The notes under the pieces were generated by a model that saw only the letters and a list, made by a program, of their open reading frames with translations, was not told where the DNA came from and did no database searches. A DNA stretch of 64,000 bases from Bryobacterales bacterium (GTDB lineage: Bacteria > Acidobacteriota > Terriglobia > Bryobacterales > Bryobacteraceae): assembly GCA_963752695.1 (NCBI GenBank), contig CAVVZB010000001.1, positions 430,989 through 494,988 of the forward strand, in the 5' to 3' direction. Positions 27,964 through 37,202 of the stretch are shown piece by piece. The position numbers were made by a program, and so were the translations under genes. Positions within the stretch are counted from its first letter, which is position 1. The number at the start of each line of letters is the position of its first letter.

Positions 27964-29310
27964 ATGCGGGCCTTCTCTTTATTTCCAACTCAAACACTGA
28001 TCGTTCTCGTCGGCGATCTCCTGCTTTCCGCTCTTATCTATAGCGTCTCTGCGGCCTATTTGATCCAAGATCCGCTATTAGGCTTCCTTGCGGACTCAAA
28101 TGGATGGCTTCGGTTGCTGCTCGCCGTCATTAGCATCGTCGGGGGCATCTATTTCAACGAGCTATACTCCGCCGTTCGCGTGCGCTCCCGCATCTCACTC
28201 ATTCTTCAGCTATCGCACGTCTTCGGGCTTTCCCTTGTTATCCAGACGCTGCTCGTGTATCTGAATGCGAACTGGGCTCTACCCCGCCGGGTCGTGCTCG
28301 CGGCAACGCTGATCGGACTGCCGGCGTTTTTTCTTTGGCGACTCGCCTATAGCGCCTTTTTATGGAAGCTGTTCGGCACCCAATCGGTCTTGCTTGTGGG
28401 TAATGGCCCGCTCGCACAGGAGTTGGCCCGCTTGATTGCATCGAACCCCGATCGCGCCATGAGCCTCGCCGGCTATGTCGGTGACGCAGTTCCCATCGAT
28501 GCGATTCCAGGCATTTATCTTGGCCGCTTTGAGGAGTTACCGGCAATTACCGACGAAGTGCGGCCGCATCGCGTCGTCGTTGCTTGTTCTGACCGCCGCG
28601 ACGGAGGTATGCCGATTGCAGAGCTTCTAACCGTCCGGCATCGAGGCGTTCCGATCGAAGAAGGTGCCCGGCTGTATGAACTCCTGTGCAATCGTATATG
28701 CGCCAGCGAGTTCAGTCCTTCGCAGTTCATTTTCGATCAGACTCTTAAGCATCGGCCCGGCAGCGTGGCGCTGCAGTCGATCTACATCAATCTGATGGCC
28801 CTCGTCGGGATCGCCGTACTCTCGCCCTTATTGATCGTGTTAAGCATCCTCGTGAAGCTCTCGACACGCGGGCCTATTCTGAATCCGGTTCCATGCGTCG
28901 GCTACCGCCAAATTCCTTTCTCTTTTCTTCGGTTCCGAACCACTCGCCGGGCTCCTGGATCAAACCGTGAAAGCGTGACGCGCCTCGGCGCTTTTTTGCG
29001 AAAGACCAGACTGGAAGTGTTGCCGGCGCTGTTTAACTTGCTGCGTGGCGAAATGGCGATCGTGGGGCCGCGGCTTGATCGACAGGAGATTGGTGAGGAG
29101 CTGGCTAACCGCATTCCGTTTTATGAGCAGCGATATGCACTGCGGCCAGGTCTAACGGGCTGGAGCCAAATCAATATGGACCGTCAACCGGAAGCCCCGG
29201 ATGCGCTGATTTCGCTTGAGTACGACCTCTACTACCTCAAGAATATGTCCCTCTCCCTGGATGCCTACGTCTTGCTGCATCGTTTGCGGCACATGTTTAC
29301 GATCGCTTAG
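27964..29310 (+). CDS. WcaJ/WbaP-type sugar transferase homolog with degenerate catalytic motifs
   Basis: 4 TM + Rossmann-like + Bac_transf domain (LRKTRL, GEMAIVGPR, RPGLTGWSQIN, YDLYYLKN); DELPQ replaced by EVLPA. Confidence 0.85.
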   Translation: MRAFSLFPTQTLIVLVGDLLLSALIYSVSAAYLIQDPLLGFLADSNGWLRLLLAVISIVGGIYFNELYSAVRVRSRISLILQLSHVFGLSLVIQTLLVYLNANWALPRRVVLAATLIGLPAFFLWRLAYSAFLWKLFGTQSVLLVGNGPLAQELARLIASNPDRAMSLAGYVGDAVPIDAIPGIYLGRFEELPAITDEVRPHRVVVACSDRRDGGMPIAELLTVRHRGVPIEEGARLYELLCNRICASEFSPSQFIFDQTLKHRPGSVALQSIYINLMALVGIAVLSPLLIVLSILVKLSTRGPILNPVPCVGYRQIPFSFLRFRTTRRAPGSNRESVTRLGAFLRKTRLEVLPALFNLLRGEMAIVGPRLDRQEIGEELANRIPFYEQRYALRPGLTGWSQINMDRQPEAPDALISLEYDLYYLKNMSLSLDAYVLLHRLRHMFTIA

Positions 29311-29357
29311 ATTCCGGCATCATAAAGTTTTTGGGAAGCTCCACCGATAGGGTTCTC

Positions 29358-29714
29358 ATGACTCCGAACCTGATCCTGCTCAACATTTGCTCAATAGCAT
29401 TGATTGGCCTGCTTGGCCTATTTGCACTGCATAATCGAAAGTCGGGGTGGGTGAAGCACCGGACGACGGTCGTGGAAGATCTGCTCAGCCTTCAGAGAAT
29501 TTGGGATGAGGAAGAAACACGACTAGACGAGTCAGCTCAACCAACCACGGGGCATGCTGCGATATCGCATCAACCGGAACCCACAAAGGCAATGGGTGTC
29601 CAGCTATCTTCGTTGAACTCCGCGCTAAAAAGCTCTGTCTCGAGAAACTCTGAGGCACCCTTAGAACAGGTAAATGCCGACGAACCCCAGACCATGGCCA
29701 TTGAAGCTGCCTAA
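29358..29714 (+). CDS. Hypothetical protein, N-terminal TM and low-complexity tail
   Basis: ATG 29358, hydrophobic first ~25 aa; co-directional with the upstream sugar transferase. Confidence 0.55.
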   Translation: MTPNLILLNICSIALIGLLGLFALHNRKSGWVKHRTTVVEDLLSLQRIWDEEETRLDESAQPTTGHAAISHQPEPTKAMGVQLSSLNSALKSSVSRNSEAPLEQVNADEPQTMAIEAA

Positions 29715-30844
29715 GGCGACAGCTTTGGGATTTTAACCTGGGTAGTCTTCCATAAGCTTGCAGAAGGCACGAAAAATATCGAGACCGCAAATAGCGAAGC
29801 CGCCATCAGCATACAAAAAGTGTGAGCCGGCGCGGTAATCCGCTTCCAAAAAGCCCCTTCTGCGAGCAGATCATCCATTGCCGCCGAACCGTAGAAAAGT
29901 ATCTGCGGTGCAACTGCGATCCAAACCAGTGGCGATGGGAGAAACACGCTTGTCAGAGCAATTACCAGCAGCATGTACGGCAGTATCAGCCGCGTGATCT
30001 TATATGAGAAGAAATGAAACCACTTGGGGCCCAACCCATGGTGCCAGACGTATTGATACAGGCCAGCAAGGGTGCGGACCTTGCGTTGAAATTCCATGCC
30101 ACGGGCGGTAGGGTAGTCGTACGCGCGCGCAGCTGGCTCGAAGATCACCCGGAATCCCCGCCGCAGCACCAGCTGAGGCATAAAGATGTCGTCACCCAGC
30201 GCATCTGAGGGAAGGGGTTCAATAAGCGCGCGGCGCACCGCATAGAGACACCCGGTGACTACGAGTAACGTCCCCATGGCGCTCAGCTTGTGGCGGATCC
30301 ATTTTTCAACTTTCCAGTACAGGCCCACGGACGCTTCTTCGAGCGTATCGCCCCTCGGAATCATCAACTCGCCGCAGACCGCTCCGACGCGAGGATCCGC
30401 AAAGCATGCGACCATCTCGCGCAAGCAGTTCTTCTCCAGTTGTTGGCGCGCATCGGTGAAAAATACGATTTCACCCCGTGCCACCGACAGTCCGTGATTA
30501 ACAGCCGCGGCTTTTCCGCTCTTCGAAATGCAAATTACTTCAACACTCGCGAAGTTTCTCGCGAGTCGTTCCGTGCCATCGTCAGACCCGTCCGACACGA
30601 CGACAACTTGCAGGCATTCGCGGGGATAAACAAGCCTCTGGATCGACTCAAGCTTGCGCACAATCCATTCGGCGCCGTTGTAAACCGGGAGGATGATAGT
30701 CACCGTCAACGGCTCAAACTGCTTGTGTACCGGCCGGGCCCGCAGGCGCGCCAAAATAGCCAGTAGCAGCGGATAGACGAACAGCGCGTACACCACGAAA
30801 CCGGACGCGAATGAAAACAGAAATGCATTCATCCCAACGGCCAT
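29711..30844 (-). CDS. GT2 glycosyltransferase (CesA/IcaA-like)
   Basis: PVYNG, SDGSDD, GKAAA, FTDAR, LGDD, QRKVRT (QxxRW-like). Confidence 0.88.
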   Translation of the reverse strand: MAVGMNAFLFSFASGFVVYALFVYPLLLAILARLRARPVHKQFEPLTVTIILPVYNGAEWIVRKLESIQRLVYPRECLQVVVVSDGSDDGTERLARNFASVEVICISKSGKAAAVNHGLSVARGEIVFFTDARQQLEKNCLREMVACFADPRVGAVCGELMIPRGDTLEEASVGLYWKVEKWIRHKLSAMGTLLVVTGCLYAVRRALIEPLPSDALGDDIFMPQLVLRRGFRVIFEPAARAYDYPTARGMEFQRKVRTLAGLYQYVWHHGLGPKWFHFFSYKITRLILPYMLLVIALTSVFLPSPLVWIAVAPQILFYGSAAMDDLLAEGAFWKRITAPAHTFCMLMAASLFAVSIFFVPSASLWKTTQVKIPKLSP

Positions 30845-30847
30845 ACT

Positions 30848-32146
30848 CTATCGCACCGTTGCATTCACAGGTCTTGGGCTGTTCATCAGCTTGCGAACAT
30901 TGTTTAGCTGGGCGGCGGGCTTAGGGACCGCGACCTCGGCGTTCACGGCGGCCCAAATCGCTACGATCAACCCGGAAATCGCTGGCAGGTAGAAACGGTA
31001 CGCAAAGCTGACGAACACCGTAGCTGTCGTATAGGCCACCATCCCGATCAGGAGACAGAAAGCTGCCGTGGCGATCTCTTCGTTTCCAGCCGCCGCCGCC
31101 GCTTTCCGAGTCTTGACAAGCAGCCCGAAGCTGGAGAATAGAGCCCCCAAGTAGAAGAACAGAGCCGGCAGACCGCACTCCGAAGAGACTTGGGTATAAG
31201 TGTTGTGGGTCTCGTGCCAATTACCGCGCATTCCTTGACTGGTCATCGTACCCCCCTCGTAGCTGGAGAACTGACCCGGTCCGACGCCGAAAACTGGGTG
31301 ATGGAGCGTATAGATTAGACTCTGGCGGAAAAGATATTGCCGCGCAGCGCTCGATTCCAATGCTTCGTCGCTGGCGCTCTCATTCTCGGAAAACGAAGTC
31401 AGGCGTTTCCATGTGCTGCTAGGAATCAAGACCACCAGCGCGATCAGCGCTACCGGCGCGCCAACTACCACCGCCACCCGCTGGCGGGCGCTCCCCGTGA
31501 TCAGCACGAAAACGGCGGTGACTGCCAACGCCACAAGTGCGCCCCGCGATCCCGTATGCAAGATTTGATAGAGCCCTAAGCCCACCGCCACCACACCCAA
31601 GATCCGGACAACGGGAGCGCTCTTCGGTTTGATTACATAGAAAAGAACAAATGGAACCGCCAGCAAAAGATGAGCGGCTAAATCATTGGAGTTGGCAATG
31701 GTGCCGCCCCAGCTCAGCGCCAATCGATCGCTGCTCGTAGTCTGCATGAAGAAATGCGCGGTGCCCAGATTTACGATTGTTGCGAGAGCGATTACGCCAA
31801 TCATCTGCCTGCAGTCCTTCCATGTGCGTGCAAGGCCCGCGGTGATCAGAAACATGCAAACGTCGGTCCTCAGATAAGAGAAGAAATCGCTGGCGGAACC
31901 TCCCGGCCACGAGCTGAATACAATGTCGATCGCCATCCAGGCGAGAAATGCCAACCAGTATTTCCCGATCCGTTCACGAAGGCTTCGCTCCACCCCTCCG
32001 GAAACTGCGATTCCGAAAAAAGCGATCGGACCGAAGATATAGAGAACGTAAGTGTTGATGCCGGTTAAAAAAGTGATCGTCTCGTGCAGGTAGCTGAATC
32101 GCAGGAATAAGAGTGCAAGCGCGCACTTGAACGCCAGCCGGTCCAT
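30848..32146 (-). CDS. O-antigen ligase/polymerase (Wzy_C) family protein
   Basis: NSNDLA, TGSRGA, FGVGPGQF, THNTYTQVSSECG. Confidence 0.88.
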   Translation of the reverse strand: MDRLAFKCALALLFLRFSYLHETITFLTGINTYVLYIFGPIAFFGIAVSGGVERSLRERIGKYWLAFLAWMAIDIVFSSWPGGSASDFFSYLRTDVCMFLITAGLARTWKDCRQMIGVIALATIVNLGTAHFFMQTTSSDRLALSWGGTIANSNDLAAHLLLAVPFVLFYVIKPKSAPVVRILGVVAVGLGLYQILHTGSRGALVALAVTAVFVLITGSARQRVAVVVGAPVALIALVVLIPSSTWKRLTSFSENESASDEALESSAARQYLFRQSLIYTLHHPVFGVGPGQFSSYEGGTMTSQGMRGNWHETHNTYTQVSSECGLPALFFYLGALFSSFGLLVKTRKAAAAAGNEEIATAAFCLLIGMVAYTTATVFVSFAYRFYLPAISGLIVAIWAAVNAEVAVPKPAAQLNNVRKLMNSPRPVNATVR

Positions 32147-32575
32147 TTAGCTGGCGTTCCGTTCCAACAGCTCAATTAGAAGCTTCTCGGCGGTGAGGAC
32201 CCAAGCGATTCGCCGGCCCGCAAAGGCCACAGCCGGTTTTGGGCGCTTGGCAATGACTGCTCGCCGGCTGCGAAATGCAGCCAACTCCGAATCCAAATGG
32301 TCCACCTCGTAGCACAGGTGGTGTAAACCACCGCCCTTTTGCAGAAACTCGCGTACTGGGGACATCCCTTCCGCAGGCTCCACCAGTTCAATTTGGGCAT
32401 CCCGATCACGCACGGTAAGAAACGCTACTTTTACTCTCTGATTTGGGTCTTCAGAGATGACGCCGTCCCACCGGGCGCCCACCGAATGCGCGAAATTGTC
32501 GATTGAACCCGCAATGTCGGCGACTACATAACCGACGTGGTGAAGCGACCTTTCGGCGCTTAGCGGCTCCGGCAC
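32147..32575 (-). CDS. VOC-family protein (methylmalonyl-CoA epimerase-like)
   Basis: LHHVGYVV, IELVEP, GGGLHHLCYEV, IELLE metal-ligand pattern. Confidence 0.88.
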   Translation of the reverse strand: MPEPLSAERSLHHVGYVVADIAGSIDNFAHSVGARWDGVISEDPNQRVKVAFLTVRDRDAQIELVEPAEGMSPVREFLQKGGGLHHLCYEVDHLDSELAAFRSRRAVIAKRPKPAVAFAGRRIAWVLTAEKLLIELLERNAS

Positions 32576-32818
32576 TCAGGCGACCTGCAGCACGGAGTGA
32601 AGGTATTGCAGAATGCGCTCGAACGAATCGAGTTCAGCCAGCTCGTCCAAATCCATCTGGATCTGGAACTCGTCTTCGATGACGTTCACCAGGGTAATCG
32701 CGGCAATGGAGTCCCAGGCGGCTATCGACTCCTGGGTTGCACTGGGAATTTCAGAAACCGGCAACTCCGGGAAAACTGTTTCGAAGCAGCGTTCCAAGCG
32801 CGCCTTCGTATTATCCAT
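32576..32818 (-). CDS. Acyl carrier protein
   Basis: 80 aa, acidic, WDS phosphopantetheine site, IEDEFQI. Confidence 0.9.
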   Translation of the reverse strand: MDNTKARLERCFETVFPELPVSEIPSATQESIAAWDSIAAITLVNVIEDEFQIQMDLDELAELDSFERILQYLHSVLQVA

Positions 32819-34553
32819 TTGTCTCTACTCTCTCCGTCTCAGCAACATGGTGGTACAACGCCGGGCATTTCTCTTCAAACGCCAGGCGGCTTAACGCGAA
32901 ACTACCCGAAGGCTCCTGGCCTGTCAATGCGGCAAATAGATTTCGAGCCGGACCGTTCTTTGCCGTAGGCACGAATTCGATCTGCAATTTCTGCGCCGCA
33001 AACCTCTCGAACATCAGCTTTAGACACTGGAATTCAATACGGCGCGCGAAAGCGCGGCAACTCAACACCCAGGTTTCGATGACCACCGCGTCGCGCTCGC
33101 GCCGCCCCTGGATTACTCCAATTTTACCTAGCGGCCCAAACCGGTCGGCATAGCTGATCACCAGGAGAAATGCGCCGGGCCGGGTGAGCGCCTTTTTCCA
33201 TTCCGCCTCGGTATAGCGGGCCCCGTTGATGTTGAACTGATTTGTCTTATTTACCAGCTCGAGTGCGCGCGCGTCTTCCGTCCCTGCTCCGTAGTCAATG
33301 GTGAGCGTGGCTTCCGCTTGTTGAAGAAACGTCTCCGGAGTGGCGGCGGACGACTCGTGATGGAAATCCGCACCCCGGCGGATGCTCTCCAGCCGGATCG
33401 CGTCATCGCCCGAGACTTGCTCCTTCCCGCAGAGATCGCGCAAATTGCGCAACATTTCCAAAGCTGCCTGAGGCTTTTGCGTGGGGAACGGGACGGTTCG
33501 AATTCCGGGGTGCACGGCGGCAACTTCGGCCAGTTCCATCGGGCTATCGTCGACAAACACGACCGCATCAGCACCGATGTTCCAGGTCTGTAAAATTCGC
33601 TGGACGGAGCCAGACTTAGCTTCCCAGTGCACCTCCATCGGGAAAACCTGATCCGGCCGAAGCAGCAGATCTTCGCGCTGCAGGGCTTTTTGAACCACGG
33701 CTGGATCGTTCTTGCTCGCGATAGCGATCAGCACTCCGGCTTCAGCGAGACTGGCAAGTAGCTGCTGATACAGGCCGTGGACGCGATGATGGCTGGCCAG
33801 ATCCCAGGAGACATTTTCTGGGCCTACGTCGCCCACAATTCCTCGCCACAACGTGTCGTCCAAATCGGTAATGATCCCTTTTATGGGGCTTGCCGGGAGC
33901 AGCAGCCGCGCAAGTGTTGCGGCTAGAACATCGGCGTGCGCAAGCGTATATGGCAAGCCAGTCGCAAGGTCTGATTTCAGGTCGAGGCGTCCGCTCGCGG
34001 GCGAGTTCTCCTGAAGCCTGCGGGCATTGACCACGATCGTGCCCCGCCGTTCCGCGGCGCTGGCCGCGAACTGCGACAAGCTTTCTTCCAAAGCAAGCTC
34101 GGCCCGGCTGGCCTGCCATCCCACCGTGTGAAACGCCGGCGGAATTGGCAGCGTCGGCGTGCAAAGCGCAACCCGGATTCCGGTAGGCAAGCGATCAAGC
34201 GCCGAGCGCAACCGGTCCAACATCGCCCGCGCGCCATTCGCAATGTCCGTCACTGCGGACAGCCCCCAGTTGGCGGACTCGCGATAGCCAAGACGTGGAT
34301 CCAAGTCTGGCCATTCGATCGCGCACCCCACTGCGTCGACATCGGAAACCGCCGCGCCTTCCAAGCTGCCCGCAAGATCGCCGTACAAACCGGTGCTCAC
34401 CTGAACCAGCCGCGCGGGAAGCCGCTCCTGCAAACGCGCATTCAGAAACAACTGCAGATGCAGCGGCGTGAATCCACACGCTAGCAGCGCCGTAAACCGC
34501 GGTTGCTCCTTCGGCGCTAGCTGTAATATTTTGAGAGCTTCTGTGACTGTCAC
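32811..34553 (-). CDS. FkbH-like HAD-IIIC glyceryl transferase/phosphatase
   Basis: DLDDTLW.G, SKND, FVDD...E, LVNKTNQFN, DRFG..G, VLSCR. Confidence 0.92.
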   Translation of the reverse strand: MTVTEALKILQLAPKEQPRFTALLACGFTPLHLQLFLNARLQERLPARLVQVSTGLYGDLAGSLEGAAVSDVDAVGCAIEWPDLDPRLGYRESANWGLSAVTDIANGARAMLDRLRSALDRLPTGIRVALCTPTLPIPPAFHTVGWQASRAELALEESLSQFAASAAERRGTIVVNARRLQENSPASGRLDLKSDLATGLPYTLAHADVLAATLARLLLPASPIKGIITDLDDTLWRGIVGDVGPENVSWDLASHHRVHGLYQQLLASLAEAGVLIAIASKNDPAVVQKALQREDLLLRPDQVFPMEVHWEAKSGSVQRILQTWNIGADAVVFVDDSPMELAEVAAVHPGIRTVPFPTQKPQAALEMLRNLRDLCGKEQVSGDDAIRLESIRRGADFHHESSAATPETFLQQAEATLTIDYGAGTEDARALELVNKTNQFNINGARYTEAEWKKALTRPGAFLLVISYADRFGPLGKIGVIQGRRERDAVVIETWVLSCRAFARRIEFQCLKLMFERFAAQKLQIEFVPTAKNGPARNLFAALTGQEPSGSFALSRLAFEEKCPALYHHVAETERVETNG

Positions 34554-34619
34554 GCCCCCTCTACTTTAACGGTTTTCCCGGTTGGTACCATCAACGTGCT
34601 GAAAGCTTGAGAGTATCGA

Positions 34620-35357
34620 GTGATCGAGAGCATTCTTTTAAAAATCAAGCGCGGAGATTCGGCTTTCTACCGCAGGCTGGGGAGCATGGCTCGCTCCGTC
34701 TCGTCGAGCAACCTGCCCGTCCCTGGTTTTCTCTACCCCGTTCTCCGATTTCTTTTCAATCTCCATACGGAAGTGGCCGCAGGTCTTCGCTGGCTCATCA
34801 GTTATCTCTACTACGAGCCGCTATTTCGCAGCCGCTGCGCTTCCGTGGGCCGCCACTTTCGTCTATCCCGGCTCCCGTTTGTCGTGGGTCACACTCAAAT
34901 ACATATCGGCAACAATGTGAATTTTTTCGGAAAAGTCGATATTTTTAGCGGCCGCATGTATGACCGGCCGACCCTCATTCTGAAAGACCGCGTCGATATC
35001 GGCCACAATGTCGTGTTCGTAGTGAACCAGGAGATCGTTATCGAAGAGGATGTGAATGTGGCTTCGGGCGTGCGCTTCATGGATTCCGACGCACATCCTC
35101 GCGACACGGCGGAGCGGATTGCTGACCTGCCCCCACGGCTCGAAGAAATCAAGCCGGTGCGTATCGGGCGCTATGCGTGGATTGGCCAGAACTCCTTCAT
35201 TCTGAAAGGGGTTACCATCGGCGAAGGCGCGGTCATTGGAGTCAATAGCGTGGTCGTGACCGACATTCCGGCCTATTCGGTGGCGATGGGCAACCCCGCG
35301 CGGGTCGTAGTGAAGAATGCTGGCAAGCCGGTCGCCAGCGCTGATCCCCAGCCGTAA
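34620..35357 (+). CDS. Hexapeptide-repeat (left-handed beta-helix) acyltransferase
   Basis: IGRYAWIGQNSFILKGVTIGEGAVIGVNSVV..DIP....MGNPAR. Confidence 0.88.
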   Translation: MIESILLKIKRGDSAFYRRLGSMARSVSSSNLPVPGFLYPVLRFLFNLHTEVAAGLRWLISYLYYEPLFRSRCASVGRHFRLSRLPFVVGHTQIHIGNNVNFFGKVDIFSGRMYDRPTLILKDRVDIGHNVVFVVNQEIVIEEDVNVASGVRFMDSDAHPRDTAERIADLPPRLEEIKPVRIGRYAWIGQNSFILKGVTIGEGAVIGVNSVVVTDIPAYSVAMGNPARVVVKNAGKPVASADPQP

Positions 35358-35369
35358 ATGCAATAGAGA

Positions 35370-37202
35370 ATGTGCGGCATCGCGGGGTTCATCGAGGCAG
35401 GTCAGGCGGAATGGGCAGGAAATGCCGTGCGCGCAATGGTATCGGCCCTTCAGCGGCGCGGCCCCGATAGCGAAGGCATCCACGCGTGGGCCGATGCGAC
35501 GCTGGGACACCGGCGTCTTGCGATTCTCGATTTGAGCCCAGCCGGCGCGCAGCCCATGCTCTCCGCGGACGGAACGGTAGGACTGGTCTTCAACGGGTGT
35601 ATCTACAATTTCCGGGAGTTGCGGCGGGAACTCGAGTTATTGGGAATTGCTTTCCACTCGCATTGCGATACCGAGGTGCTTCTCGAAGGCTACCGCGCGT
35701 GGGGCATTCGTGAGCTCACACGCAAGATTCAGGGCATGTTCGCCTTCGCCATCTGGGATGCCCCTCAGGAAAAGCTTTTTCTGGTGCGTGACCGGCTTGG
35801 GGTCAAGCCGCTGGTCTACGCGGCAGCTGGCAACCGCATCGCCTTTGCATCCACCATCGATGCTCTCCGCGCAGCCAAGTTGACCGGCGCGGTCGATGCC
35901 GATGCCGTCTTGCAGTTTCTGGAATTCGGCTTCGTTCTGGATACCTCCAGCATTTTCGAAGGCGTCCAAAAGCTGCCCCCAGCGACCGTTCTGGAGTGGC
36001 AGGGCGGCCGCTTTGAGACGTATACCTATTGGGAACTGCCGGAGCCTTCTGCTGAGGCGGGGAACTTCGAAGACGCGGTGGATCGGACCGAGAGCCTTCT
36101 TGTGGAAGCGGTCCGGATGAGGCTGGTTGCCGATGTGCCGGTTGGGGCGCTATTGAGCGGCGGCATCGATTCCACCTTGATTTGCTGGGCGATGGCGAAG
36201 CTGAACGCGAACATCACGGCATTCACAGTCGCGGCCCCGGGAGACGCCGACGACGAGGCGGGCGCGGCGGCGATGACGGCCCGCGCTTTAGGAATCGATC
36301 ACTGTGTGGTTCCTCTGCCGGAAGCCGCCCCGGTCGTGATCGACAACTTGATTGCGGCCTTTAGCGAGCCGTTCGCCGTACATTCGGCGCTCGGTATGCT
36401 GCTGGTGTCGCAGGCAGTTCGGCCGAGGGCGAAAGTCCTGCTGACCGGCGATGGCGGTGATGACGTTTTCTTAGGCTATCCGTTCCTGCATAACGCGTGG
36501 CGCGCTCAGCGCGTAGCTGGATTGCTCCCGCCAGGTGCGGGAAGCCTCTGGGGAGCCATGCGAGGTTTGGTCCCCTGGCGGCGCGCGCGCAATTTCCTGG
36601 ATTACAGCACCGCCGGTTTGGCGGGACACGCTCAAGCCCACGACGGCCTTCCCTGGTTCGAGGCGCGCGGTCTACTGGGGCCGCAATTGCAGGGCCGGGC
36701 CTTAGCGGCGCGGTCCATGCAGGCGAGTTCCGAATCAGCCAGGAGCCTGCTCTCCGAGGTGCTGCGCTATCACCAGAACACGCATTTCACCAGCGAATTC
36801 CTGCCGAAGGTGGATGGTGGAACCATGTACCACGGGATCGAGGCGCGTTCGCCGTTGCTCGATCAGGCGCTCTGGGAACTGGCGGCTTCGCTTCCGTACA
36901 GCTTGCGCATGCGAGGCGGAGAGTTGAAGGCTGTTTTGCGCGCCATTGTCCGAAAGCGGGTAGGGCCGCAGATCGCCAGCCGCAGGAAACAAGGGTTCTC
37001 CATTCCGCTAGAACGGCGGCTGGCCGGAGCTTGGAAACAGGAACTGAAGTCGCTCACCGGCGTCACACTACTTGAAGAACAAGGATGGCTCTCCGCCGGT
37101 CAACTTCGCAGGGTCGTGGACGAGGCGCAACAGGCGAGCGCGGTGCCCGTTCAGATCTGGCGTCTCCTGGTGCTGGAACGCTGGCTTTGCAGCCGGACTT
37201 AA
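35370..37202 (+). CDS. asnB: Asparagine synthase (glutamine-hydrolysing)-type amidotransferase, probably amidating polysaccharide uronates
   Basis: MCGIAG N-terminal nucleophile, HRRLAILDL, RDRLGVKPL, LSGGIDS, TGDGGDD, RRKQGF. Confidence 0.92.
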   Translation: MCGIAGFIEAGQAEWAGNAVRAMVSALQRRGPDSEGIHAWADATLGHRRLAILDLSPAGAQPMLSADGTVGLVFNGCIYNFRELRRELELLGIAFHSHCDTEVLLEGYRAWGIRELTRKIQGMFAFAIWDAPQEKLFLVRDRLGVKPLVYAAAGNRIAFASTIDALRAAKLTGAVDADAVLQFLEFGFVLDTSSIFEGVQKLPPATVLEWQGGRFETYTYWELPEPSAEAGNFEDAVDRTESLLVEAVRMRLVADVPVGALLSGGIDSTLICWAMAKLNANITAFTVAAPGDADDEAGAAAMTARALGIDHCVVPLPEAAPVVIDNLIAAFSEPFAVHSALGMLLVSQAVRPRAKVLLTGDGGDDVFLGYPFLHNAWRAQRVAGLLPPGAGSLWGAMRGLVPWRRARNFLDYSTAGLAGHAQAHDGLPWFEARGLLGPQLQGRALAARSMQASSESARSLLSEVLRYHQNTHFTSEFLPKVDGGTMYHGIEARSPLLDQALWELAASLPYSLRMRGGELKAVLRAIVRKRVGPQIASRRKQGFSIPLERRLAGAWKQELKSLTGVTLLEEQGWLSAGQLRRVVDEAQQASAVPVQIWRLLVLERWLCSRT

